A stretch of DNA of 64,000 nt from Yuukianura sp. NJ FZ-2021 (lineage: Eukaryota). The notes beneath the pieces were generated by a model. The model was not told the origin of the DNA. It made no database searches and saw nothing but the letters and a program-made list of their open reading frames with translations. The stretch lies in NCBI GenBank assembly GCA_046563655.1, contig CM102285.1, positions 5,146,001 through 5,210,000 of the forward strand, in the 5' to 3' direction. A program made the translations under genes and the position numbers. Positions 49,208 through 62,149 of the stretch are shown here, piece by piece. Position 1 is the first letter of the stretch, and each line of letters opens with the position of its first letter.

Positions 49208-52200
49208 GGTTACAGATTTTTTTTTTTCTACAATTAACCAAGGTGAAAATCCACAAGTATAAATTCACTTATAATCACCCCTCCACGTCCAACAGGCCTC
49301 AACTATTAGGTCTACGAAGGAATACTTAAATTCGCAAGAATTTTGCAAACTGACCCAATCAACACACGACCCGTTGAAAAAAGTATTGGCAAAAAGGCAG
49401 GAAAAGCTAAAAATAAACAAGTCTCGAAAAATGCAACTTTGGCACACAACTAATTTACATAGCTAGTAGGAAGACTACTCAGGGTGAAAAGAATACTATT
49501 AAGGAGCGCAAGAAGAAACGTTTCACAAAAAGTTTTAATTTTAGAATTAGAAAAAAAATCCAAGAAAGAAAGAAAAAAAAAACAACAAAGCTGCCAAATT
49601 TTGCCGAAAGTTAGCGCACAAACGTTTTACATGCCAATATCCAGAAGACCAGACCAAAACATTATTCACGAAAATCCATTGTCTCAGTTTTCACACAACA
49701 CAGCATTACACCGGTTAAAAAGGCGTTGTTACTTCTAGCTTACAAACGGACTTGGGAAGTCTTCCATAATGCCAGTACACCGAACCCCCGGATTCCTCCA
49801 TGTTACATCCGTAACTAGCATGCAACGAAGTATTAACACAGATAATTATCAACCAAATCCGCTGGATGCTAAACTTAAGCTAGGTAAATGGACTTCAGCA
49901 AAAGTCTGAAGCCTTTCTCCAACTGACTTAACAAACGGAAACGGTTTTTCCACAGTAGACATACAGCACTGTAAAGGAGTGGACTGGGAGTGAAACAAAA
50001 TCCATAGCACCTTGGTTTTGAAACAACAATTTTAACACAACCGGACTTATAAGCATTTTATTTATCTTGTCTTCAAATAATTATTTTGTTTATTTTTCAC
50101 CATATAACCACAAGTCTATTGTATAAACAGCGATTTACAAGTTCAAGAGCGGCTTCTAGACCAAGCAGAAAAAACAGGTACACAAACGTAATTGAACTCT
50201 TTTAACAAGTACTCATTTTACAGTACAACTTAAATGACACACGCGCTGAAACTCAATATTTAGCGGTTAAATGGTAGGACTGCCCTTCCTCGTGCCCTCC
50301 TTGGACCATCATCTACCGGCTGAGGAATTTGGGAAGAAAGAGGTTCCGGGATGGCCACAATTTTTTGAAGAATTGTGAATATAAGGTCATCCAGAACACC
50401 CCAAGGGGTGGCATATCCAGAGTCAAGGATACGATCTTCAATAAAGCGCAATATGCACTCGGCAAGGTATTCCTGCACCTCTTCCTCTTGTTGTACATCT
50501 ATCCAATTTAATAATGATTTATAGTAAATAATGTCAAAAGAAGTATATCCAGTGGAAAAGGGATGAGTCAATTCTTGTCTGGTTCCAGTAAAATTTTGTT
50601 TTAAAGTTAAAAATAGTTTCTCGGGAGAGTCTAAATCTTCTTTTAAATTGTCAAGAGTAGTGTAATATGTATCACTTTCGATATCTGGTAAGTCCTAAGC
50701 AAAAATTTTCCGCATTCTTCCTACGTGTGCTGTGGAAACGGTATTTGTTTTTAAACATTTAATTTTATAGAGGAGATCATTAAGTTTTTCTAAAATCTCA
50801 AAATTCCCTGAATAAAATTTTTTTAGATTGACCTTTCTCAGTGCGGCGAGGAAATTTGAGTTTAATTTTGTCTTCAATTTTAAAGTCGACTTCCTTACGT
50901 CGTTGATCCTCACGAATTTTATATCTTTCTTGTTCTTTTTCTAAAGTTTCTTTTACAAGTTTACGCAGATGAAAAATATCGCAATTAGAACGTAAAGTCT
51001 CAGAAGAAGGTAATTGATAAGGAAATGATGGCTCACGGTTAAATACAATACGATAGGGACTCTGATGAGTAGTTTCATGTTTAGAAGTATTGTAAGCAAA
51101 TTGAATTTGTTCTAAATTTAGGTCCCAGTCATTGTGCATTGTGCTGACATAATGTGATAGCATACGATTCATTGTTAAATGTAACCGTTCAGCAAGTCCG
51201 TTGCCCCTAGAATTATAAGGCGTGATAAATAAATGTTTAGATTTGTATAACCTGCAGTAAGTTTTCAATAATTCACTTATGTACGGTCCTCCGTTGTCAC
51301 TTAATAAGTAACGAACAGAACCCATACGTGAAAAAACGCTTTCGTGTAAAAATTTAGCAATAGTTTCAGCTGTTTGGTCAGGTATCGCTTTAAGCCCATT
51401 TAGAAAAATGACAAATAATATTGACAATATACTTGTTTCCTGATTGGCTAATTGGGTATGGCCCACATACATCAGTTGAAACCAGTTCAAAAATTGTTTC
51501 TGGAACTGGAAGTGGTTTAAGAAGCCCGTATCTTTTTTCATGTGATACTTTATTAATTAAACACGAGTTGCAAGCATGAATAAAATTTGACAGATCAGCA
51601 GCAATGGATGACCAAAAATAACGCAAAGAAAGTTTATCAAAGGAGGGTGAAGAGCCCAAGTGTGCCGAAATAGTTTGTTCGTGTACTAATTGTAGTAATT
51701 CTTTTCTGAGTACTCGAGGGACTACCAGACGTGGGTATGGGTATTTGTAATTGTATAGAATGCCATTTTTGAGTTGAAATTTAGGTTTTGATACAGATTG
51801 AGACATTTTTTCTATAATTTGGATACAATCGGAATCAGCTAACTGTAATTGGTATAAGCGATCTTCAGAAATTAAAAAACTTGGTGCCTCTATATCTGTT
51901 TCATCGAATTTGTCAGGAAGGGGAAGACGTGAAAGACAGTCTGCTAATTTATTAAACGTTCCTTTACGGTAAACAATTTTATAGTCATATTGTTGCAAAA
52001 TTAATGCATATCTGGCTAATCGGGAAGAAGTCTCATTTTTAGCAAAATTTAGTCCAGTAATGGGTTGATGATCAGTAAAAATTGTAAAGAATTTAGAGTC
52101 CAAATAAAGGTGAAATACCTGTAATGCATAAATTATGCTTAAGTACTCACGATCTGTAGTAGAATATTTAATTTGAGTTTTATTTAAAGTACGGGAAGAA

Positions 52201-53926
52201 AATGCAACAGGTCTTTCAACCCCATGTTCATCGGGTTGCAGTAAGGACGCTCCTAACCCGTATCCGCTAGAATCAGTAACGACATGAATAGGTTTATTAG
52301 GGTCGTAATGAGCTAACACTGGGGCTGTGAGTAATGCCTTTTTCAAAAGTTGGAAAGATTTTTCTTGCTGTTCTCCCCGATGAAATTTCGTATCTTGATG
52401 TAATAAAATCGTAAACGGTTTGGCAAGTTCCGAATAACGATATATGAAACGACGAAAGAAACATACGGCTCCGAGAAACTGTTGGATTTCCTTTATGCTC
52501 GATGGAGTTTTAATTTCCGAAATTGCTTTAGTGTTTTCGGGGTCTACTTCAACTCCATTTTTAGATACAATGTAGCCTAAAATGCGAATAATTTTTCCTC
52601 GTAAAAATTGGCTTTTCTTAATATTTATTTTTAATCCATATTTTCTAAATCGTATAAATGCTAGTTCCAAATCCTTGACATGTTCCTGAATTAATTCCTT
52701 AAATTGCTAAAAATAATGTCGTCCAGATAATTAATTAAATTAGTCTAAATGTAATTCATCAGAATAATTGAAAGTGACCTTGAATCGGCGGCAGGCGCTC
52801 CACAGAGGCCAAAAGGAAGTTTAACAAATTCAAATAACCCTGATTGGCTAATGAATGCAGTTAACGGTATACTCTCTTCGTCCATTGAGATTGCCCAATA
52901 GCCTTTTTGTGCGTCTAAGGTTGATATTTTATGAGCCCTAGGTGCGATCCAGTCCAATATAGATTGATTGTTTGGCAATGGATACGCGTCTTTAACTGTA
53001 ACTTTATTAACTGGACGGTAGTCTATACAAAATCGTGGCTCTTTTTCCTGTTCAGACTTATGTCCGTCTCTAACTATTACTACTCCCGCTCCCCAAGGAG
53101 AACATGATGGTCTTATTACTCCTAATTTTAAAAGTTAATGAATTTTGTCACGTTCAAATTTTTCAAGATCTGGAGCTTTCCTATACGGGGCTCTTTTAAC
53201 TGGGGAAGCATTTGGAATTATCGTAATTTTATGTTTATAACAATATATTTTACCAATTTCGCCAGGTTTGGCAAACACATCTTGATATTTTCGAATTATT
53301 GCTTCAAGCAGTGCTTTTTCTTCGGACGAAGCTGTTGAAGCAATTCTTGCCAGAATAGCCTGAACATGAGTTTCGTCATTTATTAATGGATTACTGTCGG
53401 CTGGTGTACTAGAATTTTCAGAACGACATTCAGCAATATTCAGTACTTTTTCTTCAATTGGAAGATTTTCTAAAGTACTGATATTAGCAATTTTAGTATT
53501 AGCCGAAATTGTAATCGGGAAATCATGAATATTCATAAGTGGAAGAAACAAAAATTCATCCGAGTAAATTGATCGTAACAAAATGGGTGGCATTAAGATA
53601 CCTAACTCAATTAATTCATCACTAATTTCTAAATAATTCAAGTCATTAAGGTGGCCATTAAGCTTTACTTTAACTAATTTTACTAACCTAGCCGGCAATA
53701 TTAAATTATTAACATTATGTACAGAAGGATCCTGGTTGTGTGTCTGGTGTTGTGTAGACGAGAGCTCTGATGCTAACGCGTTATGTAACTTAATGTTATC
53801 TAATTCATTACTTGTGTTCCTAAAACTAAAATCGTTATTATTTTTCACATTTTTTATATCTTGGTTTATTTTTAACGCTAACACAGTGTGTTCTTTCATT
53901 GTCAAAGTAATGGGTTCATCATTCTT

Positions 53927-54187
53927 AAGTTTATTTTGTTCTGACAGCTTGTGTCCTTCCATTTCTGCCTGAATGGGTTCATTCTTCCTCTGAATTATTA
54001 TTTTTTGATTCATAAGTTTATTTTTTTCTTACAGCTTGTGTCCTTCCATTTCTGCCTGAATGGGTTCATTTTTCCGCTGAATTATTATTTCTTGATTAAT
54101 AAGTTTATTTTGTTCTGACAGCTTGTGCCCTTCCATTTCTGCCTGAATGGGTTCATTCTTCCTCTGAATTATTAAATTTTGATTTCT
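53927..54187 (-). repeat. Three in-frame 87-bp (29-aa) tandem repeats in the protease-RT linker
   Basis: NQxxIIQRKNEPIQAEMEGHKLSEQNKL occurs three times, and the middle copy has a TAA stop at 54031-54029. Confidence 0.9.
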
Positions 54188-54481
54188 ATTTTTAATTTGA
54201 CATAATAATACCTTTTTATTCAATATTCGTTGTTTTAATTGTTTTGAATTATCATCGTTATGTAAAAAGTTATTTAAACTTATTGGTTCAATTTCTAAAT
54301 CAATTCCTTGCCAGGAAACTTTCTCTTCGGAAACATTGAGAGAAATCTTTTGGAACTGACAAAAATCTAACCCTAACAGTAAGTCAAACATTAAACTCGG
54401 TACTAAGTAAACGTTAAAATAATAAATACTAATTTTATTAATTTGAATTCGAATTCTCGCCCAGTGGGTAACGGAAACTTT

Positions 54482-56852
54482 AGTTTTCATTTTTCGGATG
54501 TACTCCAGTTGTGGAATCTATTTTTATTGAGAACAATATCCAAGCTTTTGAACAATTGACTTTGTCCTTTTTCAGGGAAAATTTTAAATTAGAAAAATGT
54601 TTTAGTAAGATCTATAACTTCAGTGAGAAAAATTTTAGGTCGTAGTTGTTGACGGGAAAAATTTTCGTTTCTGTAATTTCTTTGCCATGGGGACGAGCAG
54701 GGGTTTCCAAATTGGGTTGACCTTCATTCCGCTGTCTCGATTTTAATTTCCCGATTCCGAATTGATCAGAATAGATTCGTAGAATTTCCTGTGGAAATTT
54801 TTTGGCCTCTTCAAAATGAGACTTGCTGAGTCGAATAAGATGTTTTGATTTTGAAAGTCCTTCAAATGTTGGACAAATGCTGAATTTTCGTTGTGTTTTT
54901 CAACATCTTTCTTGTGTTCTGCTACCCGAGTTTGTAAATTACGTCCTGTTTCTCCGATGTACTTTCTTTTACAATTGCATTGGATTTCATAAACTCCTGA
55001 TGTCATTGATTTTTCTTTTTCTTTGTGGTTACAAAGCATGTTTTTGATTTTGGCCCCAGGAATATATCCAAAACTGCAATCAAATTTTTTGTGAAGGAGT
55101 TTTGAAATTTTAGAAGTCAATGACCCGACATACGGAAGTATGAATCTTTTGTCATCTTGTGAGCTTGGGTTAACTTGATTCATTTTCAGTTTTTCTTTCA
55201 TTTTCTTGAATCTGGAGAGGATAAGTGTTCGTGGGTATCCATTGTGGACAAGTTGGTTGAAAATGTGATTTAGTTCATCTTCGATATAAGGACCATCACA
55301 AATTTTGAGGGCTCGGAAAGTTAATGAGTCTATCACCGACATTTTATGGGAAATGATGGAATGATTGGAAATTTAGATATCTTCCGGAATGAGTCGGTTT
55401 TCGGAAAATCCTTTTCGAAATATTTGCAGCTTCGTTGTATTCAAGTTTTAAATCCAGAAAATTGATTTTGCGATCAACATCTGATTCCAAAGTTAATTTT
55501 AAAGATGGATGGAAGTTGTTGCGGATCGAAAGAATTTCTTCAATTTTGTCTGATTTTATGCAGGCGATGATGTCATCAACGTAACGTTTGAAAAAAGCAA
55601 TGTCTTGGTGTGGGAGAATCAGTGATTCTTCGATGTACTGCATGCAGAATTCGGCAATTAATGGGGAAATTGGGCTTCCCATAGGAGTACCATGCACTTG
55701 CTTGTACAATTTTCCTTTGTATTGGAAAAAATTACATTCTGCTGCTAGTTCGAGTAGAGAAAAAATGTCGTTCAAATCTAGAGAAGTTTCCGATTTCCAT
55801 CTTGTGTCCGCGATCAGTCTTTGTTTCATGTATTGAAGTGTAAGATCCACTGGAACATTTGTAAAAAGTGAGACGACATCGAATGAAACCAATCGGTATC
55901 CACAAGGTACTTTAAAAGTACTTATAATTTCAGAAAATTGGAAGGAGTTCTTTAAATACGTTGGAAATATCGTTGTTATTCCTTTCAGTATTTTGTTGAG
56001 ATAAATCGCGAGTTCGTAAGAGACTGATTTTCTGAAATCGACGATTGGTCTGAGTGGTACACCTTCTTTGTGGATTTTGGCAGACCGTAGAAAATTGGAA
56101 TTCTTAAATCCGAATTGGTTAAAATTGTGTATAATGATTTGTTTATCCTCTTCCTTTTGAGCATATTCTTGCATTTCTCTTTGATTGCTTTCTCATAAAA
56201 TTTGCTCGGGTCGGATGGTATGACTCTGTAGCTTGTATCTTGTAACAATTTTTCAATTTTTATATTGTAGTCTTCCTGGTTTAAAATCACAGTAATATTA
56301 CCCTTGTCCGCGGGTAGAATTGCGATTGACTTGTCCGATTTCAGATTTTTCAGAATTGGAGGTATCCAGTTGTATTTTGATTGATTATCAGATTGTGTGG
56401 GTTGATGGCGATGCACAATGCGTGAAATAGAACTTCTAACAAAATACGAATTTGTGTTGTTTTCGGCATTTCCTCGGGGGAATTGTAATTCAGTGTTAAT
56501 TATTGTATCAAAAACTTTCTTGTTGAAATTGTTTTCTGGGATGGCAATATTTAGTCCCAAATTTAAAAGTTTTTCTTCTTCGGAGGTAAGTTTTCGATGG
56601 GAAAAATTCTTTGTGCTTGGAATCGTGTGGAATTGATCCAGATCACTTATGTTGATTTCAAATTGGTGTTCAGTGTTTTTGCCGAGTAAATTCGCAAATT
56701 TTTTGCGATGCCTTTCTTTGGTTTTGGTATTTTCACTGTTTACTGCAGCATCAACTTTTTCGAAAATGAAATCCAGACATCGTGTTTCTAAATTCGTTAC
56801 GAGTTGGATTTGTATTGGTTCAAGTTGTAATTCCAAAGTTCTCCGAAGTTTC
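54482..56852 (-). mobile_element. 5'-truncated Penelope-like element (RT plus GIY-YIG endonuclease) with 13-bp TSD
   Basis: Motifs PADKGN, PLRPIV, SFDVVSLFTNVP, GTPMGSPISP, RYVDD and GVYEIQC..YIGETGR. TAACGGAAACTTT occurs at 54469-54481 and 56853-56865. Confidence 0.93.
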
Positions 56853-56998
56853 TAACGGAAACTTTCCCTGGACCTATACCTACTAAGTTCATATTAAATT
56901 TAAGTAAGTTTCTGTCTTGAATAAATCGTGGATGCACTAAGGATACTGTACTCCCAGTATCAATTATAATTTGAGCTGGAAGGTTATTAATTAGACCG

Positions 56999-58219
56999 CT
57001 AATTCTGATTAGGCCACCGTTGGTGCCTAATATAAAAGAATATTCGTAAGATTTTAGTTGAGCGTGGGAGGAAACATGGGTTGCTGTTGGTGTGGATTTT
57101 GGTAATACTGAACTGGGGTAGGATTGGAAGTTGAATTTTGATTGTTTTGAACGAGTTGGATGAATTGTTGGGATTGGTATGGGGGAGTATAGTAATTGTG
57201 AAAATTTTGGGTTGAACGAGGGTTGTAGGAGGGATTCCTCGGCCGAGGTTGGTAAGTTTGAAAGCAAAAGGTTGGGAAAATTGGAATCGAGGACGGTAAT
57301 TGGTATTCATGCGTTGTTGGTATATAACTGGTCGAGAACCCATGGCATACCTGGGCCGTGGACTCCGGCCAATTGCGTTTTTTAAGCGACATTCGTAGGT
57401 AGAATGTGTAGTAGAATTATGAATTTGACAGAATTTTTTGTCACAATTTTGAGCAAAATGTGAATCCGATCCACATGAATAACATTTAAAATTTTGCTTA
57501 TTTGTATTATTTTTTGAACTTTTTCTCTTTTCTTTATCTTCATGTAATTTAGATAAATCCTTCCGGTTTTTCAGAATATTAGTGATCAGAACAGTCTGAT
57601 TTTCAAAAAGTTTTGTGAGTTTGTCCATTTCTGGTTGGACCTCACTAACGGCATTCACAGAAGCATTTTGTTCTAACATAAATTGAGTTTCTGCGATTTT
57701 TCGTCCTGTACTAATTAATTCTTCTATAGTTTTTAAATTTAGAGGGTTTATTTTTTCTAGATAGTATGGTAATAGAGACCTTGTAATCTTCCGTAATTTT
57801 ACGGCTTCAGTCATATTAGGGTCATGATCATTACACAAATCAATATAAGCATATACAAAATCCTCAAAGCTTTCACCTAATTGTTGTTTTCTGTCATTTA
57901 ATTTCTGTTCCGCTATTTCCTTGTTAGCGACAGTTTGAAAAGCGCGCTGGGGCGCTTCAGTTAGTTCAGCCCATGTAATTGCTGGCTCAGTGTCACCTTC
58001 CTTAGCAGTTGCTTTATGTTTTTCAGTCCGTTCTTTCTTCCAATTTAGGTACCACAAACTAGCCGATGCAGTCAGATAATTTGGAAGCTGGACAACTTTG
58101 ATTTCATTTGTCCAAGAGTTAGCTATGCTAACTAGTTCGAATTGTTGTAGCCATTTGAATGCATCGTCTCTAGGACTAAATTTGGTTGGAACAATTCCAA
58201 CTTTGGTAGGTTTACTCAT
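56999..58219 (-). CDS. gag: Gypsy gag (frameshifted near the C-terminus)
   Basis: Retrotransposon-gag-like WLQQFELVS..NSW, ASLWY and RKQQLGESFEDF motifs, a zinc knuckle CYSCGSDSHFAQNC and a second CQIH...H...C motif. Confidence 0.9.
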   Translation of the reverse strand: MSKPTKVGIVPTKFSPRDDAFKWLQQFELVSIANSWTNEIKVVQLPNYLTASASLWYLNWKKERTEKHKATAKEGDTEPAITWAELTEAPQRAFQTVANKEIAEQKLNDRKQQLGESFEDFVYAYIDLCNDHDPNMTEAVKLRKITRSLLPYYLEKINPLNLKTIEELISTGRKIAETQFMLEQNASVNAVSEVQPEMDKLTKLFENQTVLITNILKNRKDLSKLHEDKEKRKSSKNNTNKQNFKCYSCGSDSHFAQNCDKKFCQIHNSTTHSTYECRLKNAIGRSPRPRYAMGSRPVIYQQRMNTNYRPRFQFSQPFAFKLTNLGRGIPPTTLVQPKIFTITILPHTNPNNSSNSFKTIKIQLPILPQFSITKIHTNSNPCFLPRSTKILRIFFYIRHQRWPNQN

Positions 58220-59637
58220 TTTGGTTAGAAAATTTTAACTTAACTTTAACTGATTTTTATTGATTCAAAGTGTAAAAATAAAAAATAATGAGTAATCCTA
58301 GGCCAATAATTATAGTAAAAGCAAGAGCTAATTCGAAAAGTAAACTAGCCGTCCAATAATTTTCTAGTTTAGCAGCTCGTTCTTCATCCATTTGAATATT
58401 CTTAATGTGAAACGTTAAATTAAATCAATTGCAAGAAAAAAATTAGAACATATATGCCGTTGTTTTTTCTTCTAAACTAACGTTGCTTTCAGAATACCCT
58501 GAATTTTGGTTCAATCGAACGGAAAATTTCGCCTTAATTAATTTCTTTTCCCATTTTGAAAAAAAATTAAAAGTATTTACAATGATTGCTATACCACAAA
58601 TTGATGTGTTTGCTACAATTAATGCAGTGGACTGAAATAAGTCTCTTATTGGTAGGTTTAACAGAAACGCTTTTGTTAAACTAAAATCCCAAAAAATAGT
58701 CGTAGAATTTTGGGAAGATAGGAAATGAAGATTTGGACTCAATTTAGCAGTGTGTTGTAAAAGCTGATTTTTGATTTCAAAATATTTAGTCGTTAGGATA
58801 AATGTGTGAATTGCAATTTATTAGTTTGAAGTGCCAAATTGAAATTGAGAATATCTTGTGATGTCAGAAATGATAAAATGTGTTCTATTAAAGGAAAATC
58901 TAATTTAATCATTTGTTCAGAATTTTTGTTCTAACTTGTAGTATGAGAATTTATTACGAATGTCATTTGTGAAAACGAATAGAAAATTTCTTACCAAGAA
59001 GATTTCTACAGTGTTTATCTAATTCGCGAAATTTAGTTGCTTCAAGTTGAATTGAACAAATCTGTTTCTCAAGTAATACCTTAAGGGTAGATTTAAACAA
59101 ATCTTTTAGTAACAACGTTCCCAAGAAAGTTTTAGTCAAGGTGTTGACACATCCAATAAACTGATTAGTTCTCCTGAACACGGAAGAAAGTGAAAGCGGT
59201 AAATTTGCTAAATGACTTTTTAATTGATTATGAGAGTTTTCAAAAGTATTGAAAGTGTAAGTTTTTAAGAATGATGATTCTGAACCTGTCACTGCTATTT
59301 TAAAATTTCTTAAATCGTTAAAAGTTAAATATACGAAAATCTTATAAGAGAACGGAAGAAAAAATTATAAGAGAAGAAAATGAAGTGCACATGACTTTGT
59401 TTTTACCTTTACTGTCGAATTGGAGAAAACTTCTCTTCAAATCCGAGTAAAATGAGGGTATCTTTTTTGTTGGCAAGCAGTCACGGGAGTTTTTATTTTT
59501 TGATTTTTGAAATCATTTGAAAATGAGCGTAGATAGAAACCAATTTGAAAATGAAAATTAATTTTGCATTGAAAATTATTTGAATTTGGTTCGGCCCTCC
59601 AAGTACCAAAACGTATTTTGGAATTATGAGAGGTCGC

Positions 59638-59648
59638 TTTCGGCACCA
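59638..59648 (-). promoter_or_regulatory. Primer-binding site (tRNA-Phe type) of the Gypsy element
   Basis: TGGTGCCGAAA lies 2 nt after the LTR end TGTAACA and matches the complement of the tRNA-Phe 3' end over 11 nt. Confidence 0.75.
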
Positions 59649-59650
59649 AA

Positions 59651-60058
59651 TGTTACAAGTTCATTTATGAACTTGTAAAATAAAGGCCTTGGAACAATTG
59701 AGTTTGTATAGCTTTATTTTACTTACATATGAGAGGTAGGTTGGGTTAGGTTAAACTCAACGAGTACCTAGTTAGTAGGCGACCCCGGAGTAAGTTGGAT
59801 CCGAACCAAACAGAGTCCGAATTTCAACTGATTTGAACAGAACTGATCTACGGTATTTAAAGGGAATTTCTTAACCTAGACCTTATGGTATGACTTTAAC
59901 CTAGCCTAAATAACAAAAACAAGATCTGGAAAAACAGAACTGTTTTTGAAGTACCATGGCAGAGAGTTGTTTCCTAAAGTACAAGGTCATCTAAGGGACT
60001 CAAGACGAAAACAAAATAACAATGCCTCTTACTTGTTGGGTTTGTGGGATGTGTAACA
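59651..60058 (-). repeat. 5' LTR of the Gypsy element, 408 bp
   Basis: TGTTACA...TGTAACA inverted termini, with the PBS on one side and the TSD on the other. Confidence 0.92.
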
Positions 60059-60517
60059 GTTCAGTTTCCAAAATTCGTTTAGATGCATTTTGCGCGCGAG
60101 GAAAGATGGTCAAAATTAACGGAGCACAGATAAGAAACCCCTGTGCATGTATTTCTGAAAAGGTGTAGAGGAATTTTGGGAATAGACATCAAAAGGCAAA
60201 CTATAGTCTACGGATTGACTTTGAAGAGGTGCCACACCTAGTTGAAACCCTGGTACATTTTTTTTATCTCAACAGGTGGTTACAAGTGGGAATTTGACGA
60301 CATTTCCTGCACGATTAAAAATGCTCGTTCACTTCACAAGGGATTTGTGGTTTGTGTCAGAAACTGTGGAACCTAAAACAACTTGACGAAAGCTATGGAT
60401 CAACAAGTGAAGAACAAGATTAGCATACAACTCGTCGTTGGTGTTTTGTTAATTTTATTAATTTTTCTTTTAGGCCAATTTGTGTTTACTAATACAACTT
60501 CTAAATTTCTACTACTT

Positions 60518-61165
60518 TTAAATAAATGCAATACTACATTTTAAATGGTTTAATGTATCCACAAATGTTTGTGCGACAAATTTCACATTTCGAAATTGAG
60601 AGGACGCAGTCGATGAGAGGACGCAGTAGCAAAGATGGCCGCAAGCCAACACAAGGTACTGCTCTCCTGCTGGGCTCAGGCAAATGACGCACTCGAGCTC
60701 CAGCCCATTCTTATTGACCTGAGGCTCGGTTTCAACGGCTTGATCATTGGGAGCGTCGACTTCGTCAAAACCTTGAGGCTTGTATCCTACCGGTAGCAAA
60801 ATAAATGGCCATTGAGGGTTGTAATTTGCATGGTCAACGATTGGATCGTCTTGCCTCTCCCATTCTCCCACGCCGAGCCCGCAATAGAAGCACACAACGT
60901 GGTCATCATCTCCGTAGTAACAGAATCCAGCTTTTGCCAAGTGTTCTGGAGGTGGGTATGGTTTTGGAAAAGCTACAAATGTTGGAATTCGCTTATCCAA
61001 AGACGCAAACTTTGGAGACTTTTGTCCCTTACCATTCACAACGCCATAAGTGTTGTACAGTAACTTTGTTGTAATTTTCAAGCGTTCGGTGATCAACTGA
61101 ACCAGTTCTGTGATTACATCACCAATAGGATCCATTTTCAAGTCAAAACTAACTCTTCTCTGCAA
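60518..61165 (-). pseudogene. iap: Intronless viral-type inhibitor of apoptosis (single BIR plus RING), degraded
   Basis: RIPTF...LAKAGFCY.G..D.VVCFYC...W...DDPIVDH BIR, whose last Cys reads Trp. The RING CVIC...LACGHLCYC is broken by a frameshift. Confidence 0.85.
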
Positions 61166-61169
61166 AATT

Positions 61170-61900
61170 ATCGGTCTAATATACCTTCCTCGGATTCGAT
61201 TTCGTAAGTAGTTGGATTCGTTTTAAGTACGGAAACGACCTTCTGCTTTTGATCTTCGAAATTTGGAGCATACCCTTTTGTAAATGTTGTCTTTGTTATC
61301 TTTAGGTTTACAATGTCCCCAACCTTCAAGTCGTTTTTTGTCGCTTAACAATTTTATGACCGTACAGCCTCTGCCAAACCTCATTCGCATTTGATGCGTT
61401 TACAGAACTTGGAGTTCTTCCTACTGTTCTGTGATAGGAATTTTGATATGCAACTTCAAAGTCGCGAAGTTTATGGATGGATCGTTTTGTTTTGTTTTGT
61501 GTCATATACCTCGTAATTTATTGTTGTATTGTCCGTAAATCGTAAATCGTTCAACATAACTAACCTTAACTGTACTAAAGGTGGAAAACTGATTATGTTA
61601 TGTTCTAAACAATACTTTTTCATTGCGCTGCCCACACATTCTTTACCGTCATCACTCTAAATCTTTGCTGGTTTTACGCTTGCTCGTACTAGTACACTGT
61701 CTAACGCATCCGGAACTTGAGTCATAGTCTATTTTTTACTGGCTCCAGCCATGCCATTTTACTAAAAAAAAAGGCAACCACAACCAAAATGTAGTTTTTT
61801 CCAAAATCTGATTTTGCGTATTTCCTGTTATCAATCAAATCTACTCCAAATTGTTCATTCATTGCCGGTACATAAACATAACGTTTCGAAAGTTTCGCTT
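61170..61900 (-). pseudogene. Polinton/Maverick retroviral-like integrase, degraded
   Basis: Manual translation gives QFGVDLIDNRKYAK...NYILVVVAFFFSKMAWLEPVK, KPAKI*SDDGKE and LKVGDIVNLKITKTTFTKGYAPN, which are typical Polinton integrase blocks. Confidence 0.8.
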
Positions 61901-62149
61901 CGCTGGGAAATGTAGGCGGTAACCTCTACTGCGTTTCAATATTTTTGCAATTTTTGATTTCCCAGCAAAATGTTTCGTTATCCAGCAGCACAAACTGGAG
62001 GTCTTTGGCGACACGATTCAAAGGTTCTACTACTTCTTCGATGAATTTGCAAACTTTTCCCAGTGACGACGTCTGCGTGTTGGAAACAACAAAACGTACT
62101 TTTTCTGGAGAGGGGGTAATTTTAGAGTCAGTAATACAGTCAGTATAGA

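Larger units (their letters stand above)
50695..57100 (-). pseudogene. pol: Gypsy pol (protease, RT, RNase H, integrase) with stops, frameshifts and a Penelope insertion
   Basis: IIDTGSTVS protease, LDAQKGYW/LPFGL/YLDD RT, VTDSSGYGLGA and TDHQP RNase H, and H..AHLG...C..C, SDNGG and NGLAER integrase motifs. Confidence 0.95.
40305..60058 (-). mobile_element. Env-bearing Ty3/Gypsy LTR retrotransposon, 19.75 kb including nested insertions, 5-bp TSD GTTCA
   Basis: LTR copies at 40305-40628 and 59651-60058, with GTTCA at 40300-40304 and 60059-60063. PBS, gag, PR-RT-RH-IN order and an env-like ORF are all on the minus strand. Confidence 0.92.

Noticed and set aside
49780..49807. Possible further LTR end plus PBS on the minus strand (TGTAACA-TGGAGGAATCCGGGGG)
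   Set aside because: The match to a tRNA 3' end is unconvincing and no partner LTR was found. Left unresolved; if real it would change which element owns the H3-mimic gene.
49740..49965. BIR-like fragment (ERLQTF...LASSGF) on the minus strand
   Set aside because: Short, followed by a stop, and the zinc-ligand residues could not be recovered.
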